A stretch of DNA of 61,909 nucleotides, filler included, from Hausera hauseri (lineage: Eukaryota), in the NCBI GenBank assembly GCA_046269625.1. It is 11 parts of 11 records of this genome, joined end to end, with 100 filler letters (N's around TTAATTAATTAA, not from the genome) between each part and the next. Parts side by side here need not be neighbours in the genome. Positions count along the whole stretch, not along the records: positions 45,052 to 51,380 come from JBJURY010112765.1; positions 51,481 to 55,975 come from JBJURY010554116.1; positions 56,076 to 61,909 come from JBJURY010181639.1; 8 more parts are not named here. The stretch is one strand, 5' to 3'. Both the position numbers and the translations under genes were made by a program. Below are positions 51,035 to 61,909 of this stretch, piece after piece. The notes below the pieces were generated by a model, which saw nothing but the letters and a program-made list of their open reading frames with translations, had not been told where the DNA came from and made no database searches. Every line of letters starts with the position of its first letter. The stretch's first letter is position 1.

Positions 51035-51865
51035 CCACGGTCTAGGACATGGTCCTCCATTTCTGGCTATACAGTCACCGTTTGAAGCAGCTAGAACGGA
51101 ATAATTTTCGTCTCGCCTCGTTACCGTTTGGTCTGTGTTTTGTTTAGCAGCCGAACAGCGCATAGTAGTGTCAAATAAAATCAATATTCGTATTTGGCTA
51201 CTTATCAGACTACCAATTATTCTATCTTTTAAATTTTTACCGTTTATTACGTAATCGTCGCTGAAAAGCCTGGATTTTAACTTGGAAGTAACGAATGACA
51301 ATACAAGCCCAACTAAAGCATTTACAGTACATAAAAAATATATACCCATTGAATTTATCGGTTCTGCATAGTCCTGCAAANNNNNNNNNNNNNNNNNNNN
51401 NNNNNNNNNNNNNNNNNNNNNNNNTTAATTAATTAANNNNNNNNNNNNNNNNNNNNNNNNNNNNNNNNNNNNNNNNNNNNTGTCATGAGTTTTGTGTGTT
51501 TCTATAATATAAGTATGTTATTCATTTAAGTTTTGGTAATTTTTTGTAAATTTTTTTGTTAGATATTTTCGTTTTTTTTTGCAATTTTTTTATAAAAAAA
51601 TTTATTTAGCTTTTATATTACATTTTTAACATTTATTTACTTAAATTTCTTTTCAGATTGCCAATGCCAACATCAAGGTAATTTGCAACGGGTGTATATA
51701 CGTGAAATCAGCATAACAAATTACATTGGCATGCAAATTTTCAATAAAATCTGTTTTTAGAAATAAACTAGTGTCCCATGTTAGAAAAGATCTGGCATAT
51801 TGAAAGAATCTACAGGGAAAACCTTAAATATTGTTACTTTCATGCCTTTGTATAAAGAACATAAC

Positions 51866-53515
51866 TCACATACTCCATATTTTAATGATAACATTAAATA
51901 AAAAGACAAATGCATGAAATCGATACAAAAGTTGCAATGGTAAATACATATTCTTACATATTGACCAAAATATGAAATTATCACCATTTTGAATCTCATA
52001 TAACGAAAGGGGCGAACCATTCTCAATAATCAAAACAAGAAGTAACCCCAAATTAGATATACAAAGCACGAATGTTGGCGACATGAATTCTGTCCAACCA
52101 TTTTTCTTAGCTCTAACATTCGTGTAAATCCATAGAGGAGACGTTTCATTTGTCTCTATTTCTGGATAATTACCAGTATCAGAAGGGTTTAATAAATTTC
52201 CATATTCTCGTCGTAAGATCTCTTGACACAAAATTGATTGAACAATAACCTGAAATACACCGAATGCCTTTACCGATATGATCCCATTCAGCCGGGGATT
52301 TGTTCCAAGTAAACTGATACATGATCCAATAATTCCAATACCGCCTAGAATTTCTCCAAATGACCCTAATATTATTGCTAAATAATCCATTTTGTTCTTT
52401 CCATCATTTTTTGGTTTCCAACTGTACACGTCAAACCATACGGCAATCCCTGCAGCAATACATATGACATACGTTATTATTTCCACTGTAAAGTAAAAAT
52501 TCGATTCTGTTGCCAATGACTTCCAAGAATTATACTGCTTACCCGCGACAACTAACAAAATAAACAATACAACTCCTACTATTATACCACCGAACCGAGG
52601 TTTTAATGCTTCCCGAAAACGTTTCGATAAATCATGCAACGATTTTTTATTGTTATATTTCGTCGATTCTCCTTGTTTTTCTTTAACGTTATCTATCTCT
52701 TGCAAATCATAGACTTCTTTATGAAAGTCTTCGAATATTTGTATTACGGGGAATATTAGTTGTATAGTACAAATCGATAAAAACAAATCGACACAGATTT
52801 CTAAAGATGATTCCGTGTATTTTGTATTCATATCCACATTCAAACAATTGGAACTGTTGTATTTATAGACGTATTGTAAAATATCCGATTTCTGCTTAAG
52901 TCCGATCGACCGAAAATTTATGAATAGTGTACTCACAAACGTCATTGCACCGGACATCGTATGAACAGCATTCATTTTATTGTGAGTCTCTAACCATTTT
53001 TCGCTGGGTTGTTTTACAAGTCGTGGCTCTGTCGTTGTTATTATTATTAAATATCCCAGAAGAAATGGATAAAACATCAACACCATTATTTCTCGATAGT
53101 AATACGACGGCCCACAGTTATTATTTCGTACTAATGTATTAAACAAATAAATCGAATGCGTCACGGCTATTATTGTCAATAGTATATTCGTATAGAACAA
53201 AGGTTTATTTTCAACTTTCTTCTTCTGGAAATAACTATCTTCTCTATCGGTTTCGTTTGTTTTGGAAAACTTGTAGAAAAATACGGACGTGGATAGTATT
53301 GAAAATAAGCAGAGTGTTCCTTGGAGAATGTTTAGTGATTCGGTTAAACTATTGTTTTTATAAAACGATTCCAGAATAACCAGCGTAATGACAGTAGTCC
53401 CGAAAAGATATAGAATGATATGCATTATCAAAAGTAATTTGAATCGAATATTCATTGAAAATTTAGGAATAGGAAAGAATTTCATTTCGTTACACATTGA
53501 AAACAAAGGTATCAA
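51866..53515 (-). CDS. Divergent otopetrin-family (proton channel-like) multi-pass membrane protein, single exon, likely ATG at 53497
   Basis: About 12 hydrophobic segments. C-terminal FVLCISNLGLLL..E..FWSICKNMYLPLQLLYRFHA matches the otopetrin W.+...PL.+FYRFHS signature. Intact 549-codon frame. Confidence 0.75.
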   Translation of the reverse strand: MIPLFSMCNEMKFFPIPKFSMNIRFKLLLIMHIILYLFGTTVITLVILESFYKNNSLTESLNILQGTLCLFSILSTSVFFYKFSKTNETDREDSYFQKKKVENKPLFYTNILLTIIAVTHSIYLFNTLVRNNNCGPSYYYREIMVLMFYPFLLGYLIIITTTEPRLVKQPSEKWLETHNKMNAVHTMSGAMTFVSTLFINFRSIGLKQKSDILQYVYKYNSSNCLNVDMNTKYTESSLEICVDLFLSICTIQLIFPVIQIFEDFHKEVYDLQEIDNVKEKQGESTKYNNKKSLHDLSKRFREALKPRFGGIIVGVVLFILLVVAGKQYNSWKSLATESNFYFTVEIITYVICIAAGIAVWFDVYSWKPKNDGKNKMDYLAIILGSFGEILGGIGIIGSCISLLGTNPRLNGIISVKAFGVFQVIVQSILCQEILRREYGNLLNPSDTGNYPEIETNETSPLWIYTNVRAKKNGWTEFMSPTFVLCISNLGLLLVLIIENGSPLSLYEIQNGDNFIFWSICKNMYLPLQLLYRFHAFVFLFNVIIKIWSM

Positions 53516-53790
53516 ACAATTAAGAAATATTCTGAACTACTTCAGTCATATTGCATATAGATGAGCGGTATGTGAATGTATGCAGCTGCAAATTTTCACT
53601 ATCAGTTATTACGGTTAACAACTGATTTATAATGATTACATTGATTCAAAAGTAAAGTATTGAATAGTTTTGAAACATTTACGATAATGATTAGATGTTA
53701 TTTATCGTTGGTTTAGTAGCGTCGTTCGTGAATATGGGTTCGAATTTCAGACGTGCTAGTTTTCTCTACTCTGCATACTTTTCCAAAGTA

Positions 53791-55975
53791 TGTAGAAGCT
53801 GATGACCACTACAATATCCCCTCGCAGGTGAGTTGAGAACTTGAAAGAAAAGATTGAAATAAAGTTCTGAGGATAAACAAAATTTGCCTAATAAGTTTTC
53901 GTGCGTACGAGGCGTTGTACTCCTTTGTTGCTTAATTCTCTGCTATAGTTACTAAAAGTAAAGGATTTGAGACGTTCCTTCACTGTAGTGTCTGGCTGCT
54001 GGTAGGGTTTATCAAAAAGAATTTTAGTTTACGTGTAACTGGATGTTGTTGCTGGGGAAGGTAATACAAAAAGGAGGAGGAGAAACAACTGTAGGTAGAT
54101 TATACCCATTTTCTGCGGTAGTTTGAGCAGGTGATGAATTTAGAGGTGGCGTAGATAGAGACGAAGGTATAACAGTTGAGTGCGGATCAGAAATAGTAAC
54201 AAAAGTAGGGGTAGATGGAAATGTCGAGATGGAGGCAGGAATGAAATTGGTATGTGACAATGTATGCACAGGGATAGTAGCAGCGGAATCATGTGCGGTG
54301 GACTGGGAAATTTAAGTTGAGATAGAGATGGTTATAGGTGTGAGGAATGAGGTTGATGCTTCCGTTGGTGAGGTATCATCGACGTAAAAAGCGGGTTTTA
54401 CGTTAGCGATATGTACTACAACTTCTTTTTCATCTTTGAGGATAACAGCATTATGTGAATATAGTTGTATTAATTTATATGGTTTTAAGTACTGTGGCTG
54501 GAAACCACAAAGTGTCTGGTTTTTAGCCATACAAACTTTGCTAAGTATAAGTCTTGGGATATGTAAGATTTATCATTTTGTAAGAGCCTGCAAAACAAAT
54601 ATTTGCTGATTGTAACAAAATGATTCTGTGCTGCTCGTATCCTCTCGTCTGTAGGAGTCTCTTCTAAAGCGGCTAATTCGAACAATGACCGTACAGGAGT
54701 TCCGAATAATGCTTCCGTTGGTAAACATCCTGTGGAAATGGACGAACTGTTTCGCCAGCCAAGCAGGACGAACGGTAGAAGTGTATCCCAATTTGTGTTT
54801 GACTGCGCAAGGATTCGAAGTGATGTTTGCAAGGTTCGGTGGAAACGTTCGAGCAGGCAATTTGATTGAATATGACTTATGAATGATTTATATCTAATCG
54901 GTTGACTAGAGATTTGAACAGATTTGATTCGAATTGACAGCCTTGATCTGAGATGATGTAACGAGGGGAACCGAATCTACTAATCCACGTACGGATAAAA
55001 GTATTGGCTATTGTGTCAGTGTTTGTGCTCCGCAGTGGAATGGCTTCCGGTCATCGTGAGGCACGGTCCATCATGGTCAGAATAAATTGGTGTCCGTTGT
55101 CTATTTGAAGAGGACCGACGATATCAATATGTACAGTTTCAAAGCGTGATGTGCATGGAAAGTGATATAATGGAGGTTTTAGGTGTTTCATTGTTTTATA
55201 TTTCTGACGAGGCACACACATTGTTTAACCTATGCTTGCACATCTGAACGCATGGTTGGCCACACTACTTGTCGTTGAAGTAAGCAGAAAGTTGCTTTGG
55301 CACCAGGATGATGTAACGAATGTACATTATTAAATGCCTGTTTGTGTAAAGATGGAGCAAGAATTATCTTGGACTGTCCTCGCTTTGAGGTATCTAAGGC
55401 CACGCCGTCGACTATCTGATGAGATTTGAGCGATTTGCGAATACTTTGCGATGGCGGATTTTCCTGGAGCTTCGTCTGAGTGAAGACTGGCGAAAAGTTG
55501 ATCGAACCGACTGATCTGGATAAGAAATCGGTAACTAGGTTGCCAACACCCTTGATATGTTTGATGTCGAAGTTGAATGTGGACCAATATGAAATTTGTC
55601 GTTCTTGTCGAGTGTAAGGATGTTTCATTGCCATTATATTAATCAACGGCTTATGGTCAGTCTGTATAACAAAACAGCGTGATGTAAGTAAATGCGAAAA
55701 ATGTCTTAAAGCGAGAACTATTGCTAACAGTTCCCGATCGAAAGTTGAGTATCTGGTTTTTGATGGCGTTAATTTTCAGGAAAAAAATTCTACCGGTTGA
55801 TTTTCTCCTTTGTATAGCTGGTGTTGTACAGCACCTACTGCGATGTTTGATGCATCTGTAGTTAAAATTAACTCAGCGTCAGGTTTAGGAAATGCAAGTA
55901 TTTCAACGGTTTAGTCCTTCACGTAAGCTATCAAAATCATTAACCAGTTATGATTTTCTGATGCTTCTTTCCTCC
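53791..55975 (-). mobile_element. Mag-like gypsy 3' half (RH-IN, PPT, LTR start), same family as contig 9
   Basis: TTDASNIAVGAV; STFDRELLA; RQERQISY; HSLHHPG; IDIVGPL; GAGGGGA-TAT-TGTAGTG at 53807-53823. Confidence 0.9.
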
Positions 55976-57407
55976 NNNNNNNNNNNNNNNNNNNNNNNNN
56001 NNNNNNNNNNNNNNNNNNNTTAATTAATTAANNNNNNNNNNNNNNNNNNNNNNNNNNNNNNNNNNNNNNNNNNNNTATGGTGATATGTTGTAGAATGCGG
56101 CTTGAAAGTGATTTCTTTTTTAAGAGTAAGGGAACAAGTTTTAATGTAGGATTTATGGTCAGAACCCAACGATAAGAATGTTTGTGGTGCCCACATTCAC
56201 CCAATGGGTAAATTGACGGAAAAACCTTGTTTAAATATTATAGTTTAGTGAAATATTTTTTAGTTAGTTTGTTTGTTTGCCTGTATTATTGAAAAAAGAA
56301 TTAATAATCTTTGTGACTTACATTTTGACTTTAGCAGCCATCAATGATTGTAATTTTGTCAAGCTATTTTATTTTGGATATTTCTGCCATGTTCAGCATT
56401 TTATAATTCATTAATTGATCCTTTATTTTGTAATTGCTGAACATATCGTTTTGGCCATTTTAATACTAATTTCGGTCGATTTTCATTGAGTCTTTATTCG
56501 CCATTTTATTCAGAAATCAGAAAATTTCTGTCTTTGGATTATTCTAATCATTTTGGACATATCATAACCTTAATAAAATGGTGTCAAACTCTTGTCAGCC
56601 AACTCTGGAAACAACTAGTGTAGTTTCCTTCAGTAATCGTCCAAACAATCTACTTGATTTTACAGAAACATTTATGCCATCTAAAACCCTATTTGCCTTA
56701 CTAAAATGGTCGACAAAGATGTAATTATACAGAATACCGATGTCAATTCTTCACTGGACGAGACTTACCAACTTCACAATGATGACGGCATATCATTATA
56801 AGAGTCAGTTGTCGTAATTGATGTAGAATGATTAAATGCTTCATTAACGACATTTGGTTCAGCCGAATGTCAAAAAATTGATTTGTTGCCACTTGACGAC
56901 ATTGAAAATATTGATGAAATGTTAAGTGCATTGTTGTCAACCAATGAACAGGATGTCAAATTGACGTTTGAATGAGCAGAGGAAGACAACGTGTCCGACT
57001 GGTAGTTTGGTGAGCATTTGGTAGAGTTTACAATGAAGTTTCTGCGCAGGAGGCATTTATGCTTTCAATCGACTAACAAATCGTAATCAGCCAGGAAATC
57101 GGAGCCTATTATGGGCGATCTGATGTTGGCTATGTGAAATTTCCAGGAGAATATCCCTGGTATGTTGTAGAATGTGAAAGTCAGTTCTCTGGTACCTACA
57201 ATGTTCAAAGGTTGACCACAAGCAATGAAGAGTGTAGGACAGAAAACTGTGTTAGATATAGGAGCGAAAGACAAAGGAAGAAGTGAAAAAGCAGCTCCTG
57301 GATCAATAAGAAAATATATGTGTGATGTGTTTTCACATAACAGATCAGCTTTCAACAGAAAGACTGCAGAGGCGGTGTTGAAACGGCCAGAAGACTGAAC
57401 GATGTTG

Positions 57408-57451
57408 CCTGCGCCAGAAGGTGCCATACATCTGGCGGAATTGAGTTTTTT
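57408..57451 (-). promoter_or_regulatory. Gag-Pol -1 frameshift signal
   Basis: A AAA AAC (57445-57451) followed by the stem CGCCAGA..TCTGGCG. The -1 frame reads into MAPSGAG and the protease. Confidence 0.75.
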
Positions 57452-58486
57452 GGAGGATTTGGAGGAAAGGAAGAAGAGGAAGAAAAGCTAGGAAATTTTT
57501 TGTCGTAATGTCTATAACCAGGCACACATGATCTGGCCTGTGACTGATATTTGTTGTGGTATATACAAATAGGGTTATGTACAGCGTATCACTCACTAAA
57601 GAATCGACAGCCCAAAAAACATTTCCTTGATTCCTTTCGAAAACACGTGTGATAGAAACAAGTCATGCGTCCGCCTGGTGAAATTGGCCGAGAAGAGTGC
57701 ATTGAAGTGATTCGCTCCCGTGAACGTCTGGTTTCACTTCGTCGAGGCCCATTAAGATTACTTAGTTGGATAGTAATGGCCAAAATCAATTGTTGTAACA
57801 TGTCAAACTGTTGCTGCATCATTTGCAATTGTTTACAAAAGAGTGTTGTATCTGTAGTTGGAGCAGATGTGGTTGCAGCAGCAACAGGGAGAGAACTGTT
57901 AGTATGAAGAATCTTAAAGGATTTGTCAGCCATAATTGCCAGTTTTCGATAGCCGTGGATTCGTCGACAACGGTTAGTAAGGCTCTGATTGATGTGGGCA
58001 AAGAAGATAAGAAATAATGGCGAATGAAATTTGCGTTATTCGTAGGGGTCACTCCTAGCGCACTGAGCTGCAGAATGGCCGTTTGGAGAAAGTCGGATGG
58101 CTTTTGGTTTCCTACCGCGTGGTCATTAAAATACTTTTGTATTATGTTGTCGGTCGAAGGATCCGTGACATGCAGTACAGCTTCACAGAGTGTCTTGTAA
58201 GGTGTCGAGGATTGTAGCAGCTCGGAGATATTATTAACCTGCTGCTTGAAGTTGGCAGTCAGAAGAATTAAAAGGCTATTGGCTCGCACAAAAGAATTTG
58301 TAATGTTGTTCGATTTTAGCTACTGCTGGTGCAACTGAAGCCATGGTTTGCTGTAGTTGTTTTTTCGAGGAAGAATTCAACAAAAGGTAAATTTAACGAA
58401 ACTCGTGACTGTTGGGAGTGTGGCAAACGATAGACGTTGCCTGTATTTGTGGATTTGTCATCCGAGAAGGATGGATTTGAATCCGG

Positions 58487-58720
58487 TCCACCTCGGAGAC
58501 GAAAGTTGAGCACAAAATGGATAACTGGACGTTTATGGCATACGAAGGAAAGAAGTAAGTCAACGGGATGTACAGTGATACCTCGATGTGTAAAAGAGAA
58601 GTTGGCAGTGTCGAGTAAGGAGGATAGAGAGGTGTATAATAGTTGCGCCATGGCATTGAGTGGGGCCTTAATGGTCATTATGTGTTGGTTGTTATTGAAG
58701 ATAAGGAAGGAGAGTTGCAG
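58487..58720 (-). CDS. Ubiquitin-like domain in frame with the Gag N-terminus
   Basis: LQLSFLIFNNNQHIMTIKAPLNAMAQLLYTSLSSLLDTANFSFTHRGITVHPVDLLLSFVCHKRPVIHFVLNFRLRGG: 78 aa, ubiquitin-like spacing, RLRGG end. Confidence 0.7.
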
Positions 58721-59859
58721 CGAAGCAACTCCAGGAGAATGGTAAAATGCAAAAGGAGCTTGTGTGGTTTGCTTCCGTGCTAACAAGAGATATGGGTGTG
58801 CAGCCAGGATAGCGGTGGCAAGTGATGATTGGAGTAAAAGAGTGTCCAAAAACATTAGGCTGAAATTCTTTTTAAAGTAAAAAATGGTGTGAACTATGAA
58901 GGATTTGTAAATGCGAGGAACATGGCCGCACCGGTGGACATAAATCAGTAAAAAGAACCTCGCCCACCTGTGTTTGAATATCTGAGTCCTGGGTGTCGAA
59001 TTTGGACACATCTTAAGTGTTTTCCCCAGTGGATCATCTTTATTGATCAGGGGGACACCGGTCTCGTCGACATCTCTCGAATGTTGGTTCTTTCTTTTGG
59101 TAAATAGATTATTGCTGAAAGACTTTAAGAGGATATTGTGAAGAATTGTAACGAATTTTAAATTCGTCGACTGATTCTGGCTACTTAAAAAATGGAGATA
59201 CTGACAGTAAAATGACTTTACCAACAATTTCATCTGATTTCCGAATGGTTATACTATCACCATTATCAATGTTTATCTTTGGCATGAATTCCAGATGATA
59301 CTTTGGCGACCGAAAAACGTGTTTGCTGTTGCAGTTGTGGGCAAGATGGCAGACATGAGAGGAAGAAGTGGTTGTGTTTGTAAGTACGTTGTTGGCGTTA
59401 TTTTTTTACGCATCTCATTCAGCATATGTTGAAAGATTGCACCTTTGTTAACGTTAGTGAGACTGTTTTTATCAGTGAGATAAAAATCGGAATTTGAACT
59501 GCTTTGAAGGGAATCATGAATAGATGAATTTATGTCAAAACCTATCTGTGATGTTGACCAAATATTGAAAGAATCGGTATTAATTGAAGGTTTATTATCT
59601 GAACTATGTGATGACGCAGCAGCAGACCGGAATGTCGACAATGGATGCCTCTGACTCTGTTACAGAAGCCTTTTAGACTGTAAAACATGTTTCTGAAAAG
59701 GTGTTGATTGTGTTTGGATTGCTGTTTTCAGTTTGATTGTTGTTGGGGTAACAGAGTTAAAAAACCACTTTACGTCATTGTGAAGATCATCATGTGATTG
59801 GGAAGACAAATGTGAAGATTTTGTTATTTTTATTAAGAGAAAATACACCAGAATTTGTA

Positions 59860-60600
59860 AGTGGTGTAGCTGTCTGTTCTGGCATGCGATAACGGAGACA
59901 AAATGCAGCTGCAATACGCAGCAATGATTGATATCGTTCAAGAACAATGTCCTTTTCTTTAAGGTTTAAAACCCCGTTTGTGATCGGTACCATTCGAAAG
60001 ACGTATCAAAGGTAACGACAACCGACTGTTTATCTTCCAGCATGAGATACAAACTAACTCTGGCTGCCAAAATACCAAACCGGTATCGGAATTCAATCGG
60101 TAATGCGCACAGAATCTCAGTGCATCTCGATGCACGGCCTTGTGTCAAATACAATTGTGCCAGATTTAATTGGACCTTAACGAGATTTTCATCGTCCATG
60201 GAGTTCTTGTCGATTGAATCAAGATACTTCTCAAGAAATTTTATAGCTTGCTATGTCTGCTTTTCTTTGCACAATTGTGCTGACTTCGTTAATACCACTC
60301 GGATACAAATCGAACTGTGGACCAACAACTCCGAAGCCATGTTTTTGATAGAATCCCCTTGGTTATTGTAATAGAGAAAGAGCAAATTGTTCTCGTAAAT
60401 AGCTTTGCATTGCTTCGAAATCAGCTTTTGTCGACAGACATCGTTCATGGCTACTTTGATTTTCTTCCGACTATCGAATATGTTCTGATCTTTGTTAATA
60501 CAAACAACGTAATTTGCAGCAACTCCGAAAACGTGACATTCACCGCTCCTCTTCTTCAGAACGTCATGGTAAATATTACTAACTTTCATTTTCTTTTATT
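59860..60600 (-). pseudogene. SRP72: Processed SRP72 fragment
   Basis: GVAANYVVCINKDQNIFDSRKKIK..KLISKQCKAIYENNLLFLYYNNQ; VQLNLAQLYLTQG; GILAARVSLY; LLRIAAAFCLRY. No introns seen; stops and frameshifts present. Confidence 0.85.
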
Positions 60601-61909
60601 TTTGGCTAATAACATCCATACGATTCGCTGAACTTGTATTGAGAACCCTATGGGCAGCATCTGAATGTCTGATTTTCTTTTTAATTAGTTCACTTGCAAT
60701 TAATTGTCTTGTAGAATACGACAGGTTCTTTCGATTCTTATCGGATATTTTAAAGCATACTATTGCTTCAATATTTGGTGATAAGACAAATTCAAGTTGA
60801 TTTTCTAACACCTTTTCTTGAACGTATTCAAGTCCAATTGACAACATTATATTAACAGTATTTTGAAGAATGGCCTTTTCTTTGACGCTATACAATTGGG
60901 TATTTATTGGTCGAATCTGAAGAGGTCTGATGATGTCAATAATATTCAGGAGAACATCGAGAAATGCAGCCTGTTTAGATTGCAACCATCGTGAAATAGA
61001 AACTTGATTTCCCAGAAATGACTCATAAATACCGAGTAATCGTTTCTTCGTCGCATAATCATTCATATCCGACGTTGGCCATTGAATTAGATTTTAAACG
61101 CCAGATGGAGATGCGAATGATAAATGAAAATATGGAAAAATGTATTGCTTATATTTCGTCATTTCTTAAAATTGTTTTTCGTTAATTTATTCATCAGTCA
61201 GATCGTTGAAAACCATCAAATTTGCGGCTTCGACCATTTCTCATTATCATAAATCTTTAAACTTGACAATATTCAAGTAATTTTCATGTATGCCAGTAAC
61301 GACAAGATTTATATCACCAGTGGAATTTGCATATTTAAGAATATTCTGGCATCTTATACTGCAATCACTAAGATGTTTACTCTTATCTCTGTTTAATACT
61401 TTTTCTGATTATGTGTCAGCAAAAATATCGTTCCATACAGAGAAAATATTTTATTGAACATCTTTAATTCAAATATTCATTGACTTCAAATCAAGATAAG
61501 TAATTTCAGCAACAACTTTTTGCTTAAGAAACCGCAATAAATTAAACATGATCGAGTATCTCTATTGGACATATCAATTAAATAATTCAGAACAGTCCGA
61601 TCACAAGCTAAACCTTCCATTTGCAAATATCCGAAAGACGGTGTACCAATTGATTGTAATCTGGTGGTGACACTTTCAAAACGTAACAATATGGGCGTAA
61701 CGCTTTCAATGCTGAGGAATATAAATCATTGCATATGCATATGATAGGTCTTAATAGTTAGTTTCTGTTTCTTTTCATTTGTATCCGATCGCCGCGGTGT
61801 ATTTATAGCGTTGACTAACATTCACGACAGGTTCTGACATACCATCGATTTCATCAATAACTAAACATGATGGCTGCATATGTTTGGATTTTGAAGCGCT
61901 TTTGAAAGA
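60596..61909 (-). pseudogene. CHTF18: Processed CTF18 (RFC-like clamp loader) fragment
   Basis: PSCLVIDEIDG Walker B; NRDTRSCL; GIHENYL; FHLSFAS; IRPINTQLYSVKEK; LSPNIE; LSYSTRQLIASE. No introns over ~1.3 kb; many stops. Confidence 0.88.

Larger units (their letters stand above)
45052..51073 (+). mobile_element. Degenerate Mag-like Ty3/gypsy element: leader ORF, UBL, Gag, -1 frameshift, PR-RT-RH-IN, PPT, LTR start
   Basis: Gag GSQKPSDFL..FISSLPTSIRAIL; FLIDSEADFSLLP; IDLHKAYHQIPV..KTAVITPYGLYEY; FYIDDILV; TTDTSSTATGAILHQ; VHFDLVGPLP; TTPYHPQASG. Confidence 0.93.
56076..59860 (-). mobile_element. Mag-like gypsy 5' half (leader, UBL, Gag, PR, spacer) with a ~600-bp insertion at ~56190-56785
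   Basis: GNQKPSDFL; CFYHTCFRKESRKCFLGC; FLIDPGAAFSLLP; IIGSDFLADYDLLVD. The spacer resumes as PQTFLSL..FKPHSTTYHH at 56076-56190, collinear with contig 9. Confidence 0.9.

Noticed and set aside
50975-51379. 134-aa minus-strand ORF overlapping the PPT/LTR
   Set aside because: The C-terminal part is antisense LTR/PPT sequence. The rest may be a host fragment but is unidentifiable.
1-61909. Interpretation as a giant virus or prokaryotic genome
   Set aside because: Spliceosomal-type introns, animal channel genes and pervasive pseudogenisation indicate endogenous elements in an animal genome. No NCLDV core genes were recognised.

Overview
The window is not continuous DNA. It is 11 contigs joined by 100-nt artificial linkers (N44-TTAATTAATTAA-N44): 1-8208, 8309-12712, 12813-17404, 17505-23580, 23681-27845, 27946-32047, 32148-39798, 39899-44951, 45052-51380, 51481-55975 and 56076-61909. 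The content is AT-rich animal (probably invertebrate) genomic DNA with ~50-65 nt GT-AG introns, dominated by decayed mobile elements. These are Ty3/gypsy LTR retrotransposons (contigs 1, 5, 8, 9, 10, 11), Polinton/Maverick (adintovirus-like) elements (contigs 3-7, probably 2), an internally deleted piggyBac and an unclassified repeat. Host-derived sequences include an otopetrin-like channel, a DEG/ENaC-like channel, LPCAT-like exons and a processed CTF18-SRP72 chimera. Four observations stand out. (1) A Polinton family carries its own minimal TATA-binding-protein homologue (two copies), with TATAAATA boxes at a near-fixed distance before its accessory genes. (2) Two diverged gypsy elements continue past integrase into a signal peptide / FN3-like / TM / TM / DEDDh-exonuclease-like cargo. 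(3) One of these also has a chuvirus-type glycoprotein upstream of the protease. (4) Two Mag-like gypsy elements have a ubiquitin-like domain ending in RGG directly in front of Gag. All protein assignments come from manual translation and motif recognition; no database search was run.
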